A stretch of 64,000 nt of DNA from a virus, in the IMG/VR virus record IMGVR_UViG_3300042397_001782, positions 1-64,000 of that record; one strand, given 5' to 3'. Of this stretch, positions 1 through 12,700 are shown piece after piece. Numbering within the stretch: position 1 is the first letter of the stretch; each line of letters begins with the position of its first letter. The position numbers and the translations under genes were made by a program. The notes below the pieces were generated by a model. That model was not told the DNA's origin and did not search any database. It saw only the letters and a list, made by a program, of their open reading frames with translations.

Positions 1-2580
1 GGATTATTAAACCATAAAAATCCAAATTTATATGAAGATTTTTTTGCATATTATGCTACTATACCTAAAGAAATAAAATATAAACATTCTATAAAAGAAT
101 TGTATGATAGTTTTAAAAATATACTACTAGGTAATAAATCTACAAAAGCTATAGAGTATTTAAATGGAGGAGAAATAAATCAATATGAAGATGGAGGAAT
201 TATTGATACCATAAAAGAGTTTTTTACAGAAAAAACTAATAAACCAGCACCTAAATCTGCTCCTGCAAAAAGCAGTCCTAAAACATTTAAAATTGAAGAT
301 AAAAGAAAAGTTTTAGCTACAAGTGGGCAGCCAATAAGACCAAATGTTGACATAACGTCTGGAGAATATGATTTAGATGTTTTAAAAGGAATAATAGAGT
401 CTGCTAAAAGAAAAAAATTACCAATAGAAGATGTTAAAAATTTAGCAGCAATAGCTTTTCAAGAAACTAAGTTTGGAAAAACAGATGAAAATCTTGGTCA
501 TGTATCAGAGAACTTTGAATCCAGAAGTGATTTAGAAGCATTAACTAATGCTTATATAACTAAAATGAAGGAAGCAGATAGGTTAGGTATAAAAGATGAA
601 GCAAAGAGATTGCAAGTATACAATGGTCTAAAGCTAATAACTCCAGACACAGAAAAAGATTATCATGGATTTAAAATGAAAAAAATTTATGGGGTTCCTG
701 TACCAAAGGAAGGAATAAATATGAAAAAAAATCCTTTGTATGGAAAACAAATAATGGATTTAAGGGATAATGTATTAAATCAAAATCCAGAGTATGTAAA
801 TTATTTAAATACTATGTATAACTCTAAAGACCCTGTACCTGTTTATAGTGATGTAGAGTTAAAATCTTTGGGACCACCTCCACTTTTGGGAAAATTTGCT
901 TATGGCGGAAAAATAAATAATGATATGAAGAAAAAACTTAAAAAGTATCCTGCTGGAGGCTACCTTGACTATCAAGAAGGGTATAAAGGCTTTGGAGTAG
1001 GTCCTCAACTATATCAAGATAATAGTTATTTTAGATCTATTATGCCTGATACTATTGAAAACATGGAAGAGCAGATTAACCAGCCAAGTGTATTCTCTGG
1101 TATTAACGATATATTAGGCGGTATAGACCAAATAGCTAGTAAAGGTATTGGATTAGCGGGTAATTTTATGAAATCTAAAATGCCTGGAGGAAATAATGTA
1201 ATGCCTGATATAAGTAATTGGCAATCACCTCTTAGTGGGGGAAAAACAGATGAACAATTAAATTTTGAAAATGACCAAGCTTTAAAAAATGCAGGATTAT
1301 TTAATTCTTTCTATCCACAAAAACTTCCTACTATGGGACCGTCAATGGATTCTTCTATGTGGAAAGGAGTTCCTTTTAAGAAAAATGGAGGCTATTTAAG
1401 ACAATACCAAAATGGAGGTAATATGGATATGTTACCTGTAGGGTCTCCTGAATATATTCATAAAAGTAATGTATTTCACGAAAACTATAATCCAGTTCCT
1501 AGAGTACATTTTACTGACGATACTACTCCTTATGATATGGGAGTTAATCTAAATGATTTAGTGAACATGAATGGGGGTAGAATAAATAAATATCAGAATG
1601 GAGGAAGTATGGATTTGCAGGGTTATTTTAATTATTTAACAAACCAAAATCAAAATAGGGTGCCTTCAAGAGCATTTAACGCTAATACTAACAGAGCTTC
1701 TTTAGGTGCATTAGAGGCTGCAAATGCAAATGATTTCTTAAATACAAAGGTAAGAAACGATAGACAAGCTTTTGAAGATGATAAAGTAGATTGGGGTTTT
1801 ATGGATTGGTCTAAAGATATAGTTGCAGGAGGATTAGGTTTATTAAGTTCAGTGCCAGTTTTGGGAGATACTGTAAAAGATGTTGTAGGAGATTCATTCT
1901 TAACTAGAAGAGATGGTTATTCAGTAGGTAAAGGTGTTGGAAATGTAGGAATGGGTGCTGCAAAATTAGTTGCAGGTATACCTAAAGGAGATGTAAGTAT
2001 GATAATGGGAGGAATAGGAGACATAGGAGAAGGAGTTGGTAGTACAGTTGGTAATTTAAATGCTAAATCTGCTATGAGAGATTATAATAAATCAGGATAT
2101 GTTTCTGGGAAAAGATTAGCAAATGCGGCCACAGACTTTAATACAACTATGGGATTATCTAGTAAATTATACGGTATTGGATCATCCGCAGTAGGTTTAG
2201 CAAAAAACCCTAGTAATAAATCCTTAAATACTTTTTTAAGTAATCAAACCCCATTCAACCGTGCAAATAAAGGACAAAATGATTTGAACTTTTTATTGGG
2301 ACAATTTATGCCAGGTTTAAACGGAGGTGGAGGAGATGATGGTGGAGAAATGGCAATGGGAGGGTATTTAAATGATTACCAAGAAGGTGGAATGGTTTCA
2401 ATGCCAGAAGATTTCGAGATACCTAAATTCAAAAAAGGAGGCCTAACTCCAAAAAAAGCTAGAGAAATTTTACATGACAAATCAGTTCATGGAAACCCTT
2501 TAACTGATAAACAAAGAAAATATTTTGGTTACATATCATCACAAAAAAAATCTAGCGGTGGATGGCTAGATGAACTATAA
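1..2580 (+). CDS. Virion cargo-like protein (5' partial) with lysozyme/transglycosylase-like module and repeated xxGG motifs
   Basis: Frame is open from base 1, so the TTG at 100 is probably not the true start. LAAIAFQETKFG...VYNG resembles a lysozyme-fold catalytic Glu and YNG motif. Recurrent YxxGG/MAMGG motifs; Gly-rich hydrophobic segment. Confidence 0.55.
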   Translation, partial: GLLNHKNPNLYEDFFAYYATIPKEIKYKHSIKELYDSFKNILLGNKSTKAIEYLNGGEINQYEDGGIIDTIKEFFTEKTNKPAPKSAPAKSSPKTFKIEDKRKVLATSGQPIRPNVDITSGEYDLDVLKGIIESAKRKKLPIEDVKNLAAIAFQETKFGKTDENLGHVSENFESRSDLEALTNAYITKMKEADRLGIKDEAKRLQVYNGLKLITPDTEKDYHGFKMKKIYGVPVPKEGINMKKNPLYGKQIMDLRDNVLNQNPEYVNYLNTMYNSKDPVPVYSDVELKSLGPPPLLGKFAYGGKINNDMKKKLKKYPAGGYLDYQEGYKGFGVGPQLYQDNSYFRSIMPDTIENMEEQINQPSVFSGINDILGGIDQIASKGIGLAGNFMKSKMPGGNNVMPDISNWQSPLSGGKTDEQLNFENDQALKNAGLFNSFYPQKLPTMGPSMDSSMWKGVPFKKNGGYLRQYQNGGNMDMLPVGSPEYIHKSNVFHENYNPVPRVHFTDDTTPYDMGVNLNDLVNMNGGRINKYQNGGSMDLQGYFNYLTNQNQNRVPSRAFNANTNRASLGALEAANANDFLNTKVRNDRQAFEDDKVDWGFMDWSKDIVAGGLGLLSSVPVLGDTVKDVVGDSFLTRRDGYSVGKGVGNVGMGAAKLVAGIPKGDVSMIMGGIGDIGEGVGSTVGNLNAKSAMRDYNKSGYVSGKRLANAATDFNTTMGLSSKLYGIGSSAVGLAKNPSNKSLNTFLSNQTPFNRANKGQNDLNFLLGQFMPGLNGGGGDDGGEMAMGGYLNDYQEGGMVSMPEDFEIPKFKKGGLTPKKAREILHDKSVHGNPLTDKQRKYFGYISSQKKSSGGWLDEL

Positions 2581-5311
2581 AAAAATTAATATGAAAGAAT
2601 TACTTTTAAAAATAGCAGGAGTTAAAACGGAAGAGGCCTTTTACAAGAAGTTTCCTGACCAAAAAAGCTTTTTCAAGGCTCACCCTGAAGCAAAAGAAAT
2701 TATTGCTCAATACCAACAACAAGAAATGATGGACAATGCTCCAGAAAATTCTCAAGAGCAAATGATGGGTACCGAAGAAGAAATGGTAGAACAAATGGCA
2801 ATGGGAGGAATGATTAAGAGAAAAGATGGCTCTTACTCTAAACCAGGACTTTGGGACAACATCCGTAAGAACAAAGGTTCTGGTAAAAACCCTACAAAAC
2901 AAATGTTAGAGCAAGCTAAAAAAATCCAAGCAGAAGAAATGATGTATGGAGGAATGGTTGACTCCTACTATAATGGAGGAGGAATAAACAACCCAGGATT
3001 TAAAGCTCTTCCTAAATCTGTGCAAAATAACATAATAGCTAATATGGCTATGGGCGGTGAAGTAGAGGAGTATGGAAATGGAGGATACACTGTAAGAAAA
3101 AGTAATGATAGAAAAGGTAAGACACACGTTGTTACTGGTCCTGATGGTACCAAAAAATACTTTGGTGACCCTAAACTTGGAGAAAGAAGCAAATCTAAGT
3201 ACGGTAAAGAAGCCTTTTATGCAAGACATAAGACTAACCTAAAAAACAATCCTTTCTTTAGAGCTTATGCTAGGTCTACTTGGGCTGATGGGGGAATCCT
3301 TCCTGAAGTAGAACAATTAATGTTAGCAGGTCAAAACCCTTATAATATGGGAGGATATGTAGAATATCCAACGTATTATCCTGGGGGAGGTATGGTAGCA
3401 GGACCTATGATGGGTTATGAAGAAGATGATTTTATGTATGCTATGGGAGGTAGAATGTACCAAGAAGGGGGTATGTTAAATAGCATGACACAGGGTATTC
3501 CTGTACAGACAGAAACTTTTGAAGGACAGGCAGAACAAGTCGCTCTTCCTGATGGAACAATTAAGTCAGTAGAAGCTACTACTGCACATGAAAATATGGG
3601 AGATGATACTGTTACAGATTTATTGCCTGGAGGTTCACATATTCAAAGTGCTCGTAATAAACTTACTCCTGACCAGTATGTACAATTGATGCAGATGTTT
3701 AAACCTGAAAGTGCAGAGCAAGATATTAAAAAACTAGCACAAGTATATCAGAGTAAATACGGAAAGAAAAACGGTAAAAAATTATCTCCTGCAGATATTT
3801 CTGAGTATGCTAAAAATAAATATCAAAATAAATCTACTCCTAACTCATTTGATACAGATAAATTAAAAGAAGGAAACAAAAAATCCTACTTAGACTTGAG
3901 TATACAAATGAATGATTTAATTAAATCAGGAAAAGAATTAGCAGAAGGAGCTATTATGGAAGAACAGATGATGGCTTATGGTGGAATGATTCCTAAGTAT
4001 CAGGGTGGTACAGGGTTTACAGGAGTAAATCCGATTGCGGATGAATACAAGGAATTAATAAAAGCAGGGTACTTAAAGTACGACCCTACTATTGGTAAGA
4101 TAAGAGCAAACTTGCCAAAAAATATGCCTTATAAAGAAAAAATTCGTTTAGGCCAGGCTATAGAGCAAATGGGTTTACAAAATATGAGACAAAGCAAAAC
4201 TCCTGGATATGATAATTTTTATGGGGGAAACACTCCTTATGATTATGCACGTTTTTTTGTAGAAAATACGAAAGAAACCCCTTATAATGATAATGTTACT
4301 GAAAAACAGGTAGTAAAAGATTATTTTGAGTTATTGGGAATCACTCCTTCAGAAGAAGATTTAAAAAATCCTGCTTCTTTGTTTAAAATACCAGGATTTG
4401 ACAAAGCTTACCAAGCGTATGTTAATCAAACCCCTGGTATGAGAGAATCTTATGGAGTACCAACTTTAGGGGATACTCCTAGTATATTAGGGATTCAACA
4501 ATGGAAAGCAAGACCGCTAAAAGCACAGGCAACACCTGTAGTTGAAGAAACTCCTGCACAAAAAGCAGAAAAACAGATGTTAAGTGCAAATACTCCAATA
4601 AGCCCTGCGGCAAGAGTTCCTATGCAGAATAGATTTAACTTTGGTTTACTTGAAGGTCAATTGGGCAGAGGACTAAGTGCTAACCAAGCTGCACTTGAAG
4701 CAGGTCTTTCACTAGACCCATTATATATAATGGAAACTCCTGATACTTATATCAGAAGCAGAAAGAATGAAATACCTGTAGGAAATATATTATATAATAT
4801 CGAAAGAGCTCAAAGAAACACTGCAAATGCTTTAGCAGGACAAACAGGAGATTGGAGTACATTAGCTAGTAATATTTCAAATGCAGGGGCTCAAGCTATG
4901 AATCAAGTGGGAGACACTTTGAGTAAGCTAAATCAGACAAATGTAGATCTATATAATGAAACCCAAGGACTTCAACAAGACTTATTAGGTAGTAATATGG
5001 GTGTAAGAAATCAGAATCTAACAAATATGCAAAATATGTTGAACTTTAAAAGGAACTTATTGGGGCAAAAAGCTGTTAAAGATTCAGAGATTTACTCAGA
5101 ATACGCTAAAAGTATGGGTGAAAACGCTCAGAAAGAGCAAAATCAAAAATTGGAAATGTTAAATATTATGGCCTCTAAACCAGATATGTTTAAAGGAGAA
5201 CAAGGACAAATGTTTGTAAATCAAATTTTAGGAAATACAGGAACTTATAATAATCCTCTTGCAGGAACTTTATTAGATAATATTTTATCGTTTAACAGAT
5301 ATAACAGATAA
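2570..5311 (+). CDS. Virion cargo-like protein with xxGG-delimited micro-modules and Q/N-rich helical C-terminus
   Basis: 913 aa ORF; about 12 xxGG motifs in the N-terminal half; no Cys. Confidence 0.55.
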   Translation: MNYKKINMKELLLKIAGVKTEEAFYKKFPDQKSFFKAHPEAKEIIAQYQQQEMMDNAPENSQEQMMGTEEEMVEQMAMGGMIKRKDGSYSKPGLWDNIRKNKGSGKNPTKQMLEQAKKIQAEEMMYGGMVDSYYNGGGINNPGFKALPKSVQNNIIANMAMGGEVEEYGNGGYTVRKSNDRKGKTHVVTGPDGTKKYFGDPKLGERSKSKYGKEAFYARHKTNLKNNPFFRAYARSTWADGGILPEVEQLMLAGQNPYNMGGYVEYPTYYPGGGMVAGPMMGYEEDDFMYAMGGRMYQEGGMLNSMTQGIPVQTETFEGQAEQVALPDGTIKSVEATTAHENMGDDTVTDLLPGGSHIQSARNKLTPDQYVQLMQMFKPESAEQDIKKLAQVYQSKYGKKNGKKLSPADISEYAKNKYQNKSTPNSFDTDKLKEGNKKSYLDLSIQMNDLIKSGKELAEGAIMEEQMMAYGGMIPKYQGGTGFTGVNPIADEYKELIKAGYLKYDPTIGKIRANLPKNMPYKEKIRLGQAIEQMGLQNMRQSKTPGYDNFYGGNTPYDYARFFVENTKETPYNDNVTEKQVVKDYFELLGITPSEEDLKNPASLFKIPGFDKAYQAYVNQTPGMRESYGVPTLGDTPSILGIQQWKARPLKAQATPVVEETPAQKAEKQMLSANTPISPAARVPMQNRFNFGLLEGQLGRGLSANQAALEAGLSLDPLYIMETPDTYIRSRKNEIPVGNILYNIERAQRNTANALAGQTGDWSTLASNISNAGAQAMNQVGDTLSKLNQTNVDLYNETQGLQQDLLGSNMGVRNQNLTNMQNMLNFKRNLLGQKAVKDSEIYSEYAKSMGENAQKEQNQKLEMLNIMASKPDMFKGEQGQMFVNQILGNTGTYNNPLAGTLLDNILSFNRYNR

Positions 5312-5313
5312 TT

Positions 5314-6723
5314 ATGGCTAGACAAAGAAATCCATCAGGTGCATATTCCCCCTCTTCTGCGGGCATAGGACAGCAAATAATGTACACCCCCGAATGGGCG
5401 GATATAGATTTTGCTGATTTCCAAGGATTAAATATGAATCTTATAAATCAAAATGCTCAGTTTGCTCAAGAAGTGGCTAACAAGCGTTTAGACGAAGTGT
5501 TAAAACAAAGAAATGCAATTTTAGAAAAAGTAAAGTTACATAAAAGGTTTGATGATTTACAAGGTCAGTTGGACAATAAATTAGGCTCTATTATAGATAA
5601 TATGGGACAGCTTCAGCTATCTGATTCTGCAAACTTTACTTCATTAAACACTAGCTTAATAAAGGCTCAGAATGACCCTGTTTTACAATCAGCGGTTAAC
5701 GCATCCACAGACGCAATAGCTTACGAAAAAATGAAATTTGAAAAACCTGAGATTGCAGACCAACCTTGGAACAATGCAAATGAAGGAAATTATCAAAAAT
5801 TTTTAAGAGGGGAAACTAACGATTTTAGTTTTACCCCTATTTACAAAGAATACGATTTACAAACAAAAGCAGATGAGTTTGCTAAGGCGGTTCCCGCTGA
5901 CGTGCAAAATGCTATTGTTAAATATGGGGTTTATGGATTACAAGAGAAAGCTATAGAGGATAAATCAGCAGGAAGATTGTTAAAAGCTTTTAATGATTAT
6001 AAACAAGGATTAATGCAAGACCCTGAATTTATGTCTTGGGCTAAGAGAAGAGGGGCTTTCGAGGTAACAAGAGGAAGCTCTATTGATAATGTTATTAACA
6101 ATATTTTTAAATCTTCTGCTGCTAAATACGGTACAACTACTCCTACAGTAAAAGTGAGTATGCCTTCAGCGAACCCTGATATTAATGTAGGTATTAATCT
6201 TTCAGAGAATGCTAGAGCACAAGCTAGATTCGATGCTGAAAAAGATGCAGGATTCCCAAGTTTAACAGGTAAGAGTAAAGCTGAAAAAGAACCCGATAAT
6301 TTTATTGATTATGGGGATAATATTATTCAAAAAAGAGGAAAACCCCTAAAGGAAGAGCAAATCAAAGCAGCTTTGAGTAGTGCTACAAAAATATTTAAGG
6401 GATCTACAAATAAAAATGGAGAATTTGTACCTTATGATGCGGTAAATAACCCCATAAAATATTATGTAAAAGATAATGCGGGTAAACTCGTAGCTGCTCC
6501 TCCAGAAATTGTAGGTCCTCCAGGTACGAACGTAAATCCATTTTTACCTACGGGTAAATTTGAGGAATCTGATAAGGGAGTACTTATTGAATATGGCAAT
6601 GGTTCTATAAAAAAATGGAGACAAGTATCTAAACCAGATTTTGAAAAAGCTATAGGTGCTTCTGAGTATTCAGCGGATGGTACTACAACTAATGATACAC
6701 AAAAAATAAATATAGGTTTATAA
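5314..6723 (+). CDS. Putative virion/ejection protein
   Basis: 469 aa helical ORF, no Cys, tightly packed between cargo genes. Confidence 0.5.
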   Translation: MARQRNPSGAYSPSSAGIGQQIMYTPEWADIDFADFQGLNMNLINQNAQFAQEVANKRLDEVLKQRNAILEKVKLHKRFDDLQGQLDNKLGSIIDNMGQLQLSDSANFTSLNTSLIKAQNDPVLQSAVNASTDAIAYEKMKFEKPEIADQPWNNANEGNYQKFLRGETNDFSFTPIYKEYDLQTKADEFAKAVPADVQNAIVKYGVYGLQEKAIEDKSAGRLLKAFNDYKQGLMQDPEFMSWAKRRGAFEVTRGSSIDNVINNIFKSSAAKYGTTTPTVKVSMPSANPDINVGINLSENARAQARFDAEKDAGFPSLTGKSKAEKEPDNFIDYGDNIIQKRGKPLKEEQIKAALSSATKIFKGSTNKNGEFVPYDAVNNPIKYYVKDNAGKLVAAPPEIVGPPGTNVNPFLPTGKFEESDKGVLIEYGNGSIKKWRQVSKPDFEKAIGASEYSADGTTTNDTQKINIGL

Positions 6724-6724
6724 A

Positions 6725-9700
6725 ATGGGAAATTTAAAATTATTATATGATAAATTAAACAAAGCAAATGTTCAAGTACCAGATTATAATACTTTTGAAC
6801 AAAAGTATGGTAATGATAAGGGACTTGAAATATTACATTCAAAATTAAATAATGCCAATATATTGGTACCAAATATTGCGGAATTTAAATCTAAATACTC
6901 TAATACTTTAACAAATCAACAAACTCCTATACAACAAACCACGGTAACTCCTAAGAAAGAAGAGCCAGGTTTTTTTGAAGGAGTTAAAACTTTCTTGTTT
7001 GGAGATGAGGAAAAAAAACCTAAAGTAGAACTTATTAGTGAAAAGTTTGAAGAGCCGAATTTAAACCCTGAAACTCCCTATCCTTTCACTAAAACAACTC
7101 CTATAACTGTACTAGATAAAGAATATGCCCAAAAAATAAAAGCAGTAGAGGATAAGTATAATAAGTTACAGGAAGACCCTAGTAATTACGCTGCCTATAT
7201 TCCGAGTAGATTTGCTATTTTTGGGGCGGAACCATTAGTAAAAACATATAAAGTGGATTATACTAGACAAAAAGAACAAGAGATTTTAAATTTAAATGCA
7301 GAAAAACTTAGAAGAGAGGGTAGGAATTTAACTCCTATAGAACAAGAGCAAGATATTATAAATTATAAAAATAAAATTCAAGCAAATAAAACAACGATTG
7401 AAACCAGAGCTAAGGAGAAAAAGAGTTATTTAGCTGAATTAAGTAAAGAAGATAAAACTGATAGTCCTAATTTTATTTCAAGCTGGAAGAAAGTAATAAA
7501 CACAGTTAAAAATACATGGGATTATAATACAAAAGTAGATGACGATATTTCAAAAGCAGAGACCCTTAAAAATGTGAATCAAAAGTTTTTGGATTATGTA
7601 GAAAAAGGAGTTAATCCTTTTAAAAATGCACCTTATAATGACGCAGAAGCAATGAAAAAAGCGGGTTCATATATTGACCCATCTATAGAATCTGGGTCTA
7701 AAAAAGCCAGAGAAAAAATAGGGGAAATTACCACAAAATGGTTCCCGACAGCGGAAATAAAAGAAGATGATAAAAAATGGGGTACGCTTGATTATTTGAC
7801 GGTTATATGGAATCCTTTGATAGCTTTAGCCGCAAAAAAGATAAAGACAGAAAAGTTTACAAACCTAACTGCAGAACAATTAGAAAGAGAAGCTATAGAG
7901 AAAGCATATAACCTGGCTGCTAACAACTTAGATAATAGTCTAACTCCGTTATATGATAAAATACAGTCTGAAATTGGTATACCTAAGTCGGAAGTAATCG
8001 GAAAAATAGACACATATTTGACTGCAAAAAAGCAGGTGGAAGAAGGTGCCTACCCAAATATAGGTAAGTTATCAGAAAATGATATAAAACTATTTAATAA
8101 TCCTGATTTTCAGAATATAGCAGATACTTATAGTAAATCTGCTATTACTCCAATACGGGAGGGTAAATGGAGATTGTTATCTTTGGCTAACGTAGATCTT
8201 TATAATCAAGAAAAAGCCAATGCTTTTGGGACCCTAAATAAAGTAGAAAATATAGGAAGAAAAGAAGCAATCCGCACAGCTATATTAGATAAAAATGTAG
8301 AAGAACAGGGTGTTTTATCTAAAGCAGGGTTTGATAAAGCGTTGTATAATACTGCTTGGACTGCATTAAAAGCGGGGGATTTTACCGCAAACCAAACAGC
8401 GGCTGCCGCTCAAATAGCTACTCAATTAGCCACAGCCCCTTTTAGAGGAGGGGAGGCTTATACTCCTGAGTGGACTGAAAATATTATAAATAATACTGAT
8501 TTATTTGATAATTTAACTCAGCAAGATAGTCACTTTAAACTATCTATATTTAAAGACGATAAATATATTGACAGAACATTGCCTACGGGAGATATAGTAA
8601 AGGTTCAATATACTCCTGAAGGTGATATATTAAATGCTTTTGGTGGGGGTATGGAATATACAATCAATAATCCAGAAGTAATGAAATGGCTTGCAAATGA
8701 TTTTGAGACAAACAAAGACGAAATATTGGCAAACGGTAAATCTTTGTGGGAAACTGATGGTGGAAAAGCAGTATTTTTAGAGAATGTTTGGAATAGTATG
8801 GCTCCAGAAATAGTGGAGGAAATGCCATCTTTGTTAGTAGGAGCAGGAGCAGGTAAAATTGCAGGAGCATTAATAAAAGGAGCGTCTAAGGAGAGAAGAT
8901 TAAGGTTAGCTAAAGGAGCTGAGTTTATGATTAATGTTGGCACTAACATGACAGAGCAATATCCTTCCATATACAAGAAATATCAAGAAGCTGCACAGGA
9001 CAAAGACAATCCTTTTCCTGCATTAGCTACTTCTGGTGCTTTGGCATTAGGAACATTGCTCACATCTACCTTACAAAGTAAAGCAATAGGATTAACAGGG
9101 AATGATATAAATAAGGTGATAATGCCTGAAGCTATCGAAGCTACTGCTGAAGCAGTGAAAATCATTAACAAAGAATTTGCTAAAATTCCTAATATAACTT
9201 TAAGAGAAAAGTTAACTAATGCCGCTATTAACAAAGTAATGTTTCAGAATATTATGTCTTCATCGGGAAGATTCTTAAAAAGAACTGGAAGAGTGGGAGC
9301 AGAAGAAGCTACAGAAGAAGTTGTATTAGAGCCTCTTATTAATGTTGCAGCTAATTTTATTAATGAAAAAATAACAGGAGATAAAGCATATAACCAAGAA
9401 ACTTTAAAGGATTTGAATTTTTTAAATCCAGATGTGGCAATAACTTCTTTTTTAACAGGTGGTACATTATCTACAGGAATGGATTTAGTTAAATCTATGT
9501 CAACTAAAGGTCCTTTTTCCAAAGAAGATTATTTAAAAACAGCTTTTGAAAATGAAGCTACTTTTACTTCTATGGTGGATATTATGACTCAGAGTGGTAA
9601 TAATAAATTTTCTGAAGCAGACCAAGCAAAAATGATGACTGATTATAACGCATTAAAAGCCTCTTATAATGCAAGAAAATCAGAACTTGGAGTTAATGAT

Positions 9701-12700
9701 GAAGCTTTAGCTACCTTAAACTTTGCAAATCCTGTAATAAAAGGATTTGTAAAGTCTATTGGAGAGACAGAACAAAGTTTAGACAAAATTAATAGCGGGA
9801 GAACTTTTGATAATGCTATTATCAGACAAAGTTTAAATGAAAGAGAATTAGCTGAAAAGAAAATTGCTTTAGATGAAGAAGCTGCTAAAGGAAATATCTC
9901 TGTTTCCCCTGAAGGTACTTATAAAATAGTTGGTAGCAATCCTCTCTCCCAAGAATTAGGTAAACAAATTAGTGAGTATGAGCAACTTCAATTAAGTAAT
10001 AACAATTTAACTTCCTTTATAGATACTTTTAACAAAGAAACTAAGCCTGTACAAAAGCAATATATACAAGAGTTAAATCAAGTTACTTCTGAAGCTCCTG
10101 ACCTTATAAGAGCAAGAAATAGTAAGGAAGGTAGTTATGCGTATAAAGCAGTAAGCAGTGCCATTATGGATAAACAAATGGCTATGAGCCAATTGGAACA
10201 AGTAAACGCTGAGATAGAAACCGCTAAGATAGATGGGACAGATACCCAAGAATTACAAGTAAAAAAGCAAAATTTAGAGAAAGCTATTAAGACTAGTGAT
10301 GAAACTATCAATACTTTAAAGAAGCAATATAAAGCAGGTAGGTTTGATACGCAAAACGAGACCATAGATAGGTTTAATGAGTTTAGAACTGCTAGTTTTG
10401 TATTACAAGAGAAAATACAATCTATGGCAGGAGTAGATGCCACTGATGAAGAGATTGAGCAAAGTGAAATCAATGATGCTTATGCTGATTATTTAGATGC
10501 ATATAACGCTTTGGAAAAATCAAACTCTACCTTGAAAAAAGAATATGGAGTGGAAGTATTCGACTCTAAAGAAGCTCCTATTAGTTTGGAACAATTCCAA
10601 GCTTTTAAAAGTAATATTAAAGAAAAAAACGCACTTTCTAAAAAATTAGCAGAAAATAAAGGTACTTTAGGTGATGTAGGAAGATTGATAGGTCTTGAAT
10701 ATACTACAGGTACAAAACAACCTAAAGACAGAGTACAAGTTACTGCTCCTAAAAATAAGGAAGATATAAAAGCTATTTTAGATGATAAGGAACAAGTGTA
10801 TGAGTATGCAAAAAGATTAGGATTTAATAAGAAAAAGTCTTATGCTCAAACCAAAAAAGCAGTGAGAACTTATTTAAATAAACAACTGTCTACTCAAGAT
10901 GAAACACGTTTAGAGGGAGTTTCTGCTGTTTTTGTTGAAAAAACCCCTAGACAAGTGAATGGTAATCCTATGTTTGAGGTTGAAGGTGCTTTATACAAAC
11001 CTGCTGGATATAGTGTTTCTCCAACTATGATGACTCAAGAAGAAAGAAATACGGTATTGACAAATGCAGTTATTAGTGAAATAGCTAAACAAGTATTTAA
11101 CAATTCATTATTACTAACGCCTTATAATGTATCTCAGATAATAAACAAAGTTATTATTGAATCTGGGTTTGATACAGAAGTAGGTATTGATAATAGAAGT
11201 TTACAATTTATAGCAGAAACAATATTAGCATTAAAAGCAGATTTAGATGCAAAAGGATTTGCTTATAAGTTTAATGATGATGTAGTTATTTCAAAGCTTT
11301 CTGAAGATGAAGTAAGAGGCTATGATGGCATAGCTACCACTCCTATATTGACAGTGGTTGATAATGAAGGAAATGTACACTTAATTGATTTTAAATCTTT
11401 TTCAGCAGGTAACTATGCTGCGTCAGCTTCAGGGTGGTCTAATAGCCTCACTGAAATACAAGCTATTTTCCAAGATAATGGAATAACAGTGGCTTCTATA
11501 AATGTTTTGCCTATTAGAGTGGATAATACTTCTACAACTCAAAATGGATTAACTAATTTAAGTATTGGTAAAAATAGTTTTAATACAATTCCTAATAATG
11601 ATAATGCTATTAGTAGAACATTATTGCAGCTTGCAACTAGCACTCCAATATTAACTACTTTGAAAGAAGAAGGGCTGTTAACCCAAGAAGAGGTAGAGTC
11701 ATTTGATGAAATTCCTTTAGATGAGGCAGATGCCCCTATAACCCCTGCGGATAAATTGAAAGAAGATTCTTTGGTAGTACTTGAACCAGAAACTCCTACA
11801 ACAACAGAGGTTCCTGTTACTGTTACGGAAAAAAACATGAAAGCAGAAGATAAAAATAAAGCCACTAAAGATACTCCTAAAGAGGTAATAGAGGAAGAAA
11901 CCCCTGAAGGAGTATTTGCTGGTTTAGGAAAAGGTGTCTATATCCAAGTTAAAGAAACTAGTGGAGGCTTCTATATGATAACAATATTTGGGGATACTGA
12001 TCTTGCGAATAAGTACGGAAAGAAAAGAAAGTCTTTAGAAGACGTGAGAGCTATATACAAGGCTAACAATTGGTTTGCTCCAAAAACTTTTGAAGGTACA
12101 GGCGTATATCAATTAAGATACGCTGATACACTAACCCCTGTACTATCTAAAAATTATGTTGAATTTGTGCAACCTAATGGATTCAGCGAAGTAATTAATG
12201 ATGTTGCAGTGGCTGCGGATATTATTGGTACAGAAGTAGAAATAGTGGAGAATAATGAAAATGGGAATAATGATAAGGATGAGGTACAAAAAGACTTTAA
12301 AAACAAAGCTTCTTTATCTATTGTAAATGCAAATGGTGAAAAAATTGCAATGGTTCCGCCTAATTCTCCTTTAAGAGAAAATCTAAAAATCTCTAATAAA
12401 AAAGGACTTAATAGACTAGAGCCTACAATTGCTACAATAAAAGATATAAAATTTAACAACTTTAATAGAAAACCTTATGAATTGTTCTCTGAATGGGAGA
12501 AAAAGGCACTAGCCTCTGGAGTATTAGTTCCAGGAGAGTATGAAATGGTTTATATTGGGGTGGAAAACGGGACACCTGTATTTAAAAATCAAAATGGAGT
12601 AGTAGTGCCTGGCAGAGTTCCTAAGAACCCAAAATTAGGTTCTGCTTATCTTCTTATAACTAATTTCCCCACTAAGAATATCATGATACCAATGGGTACT

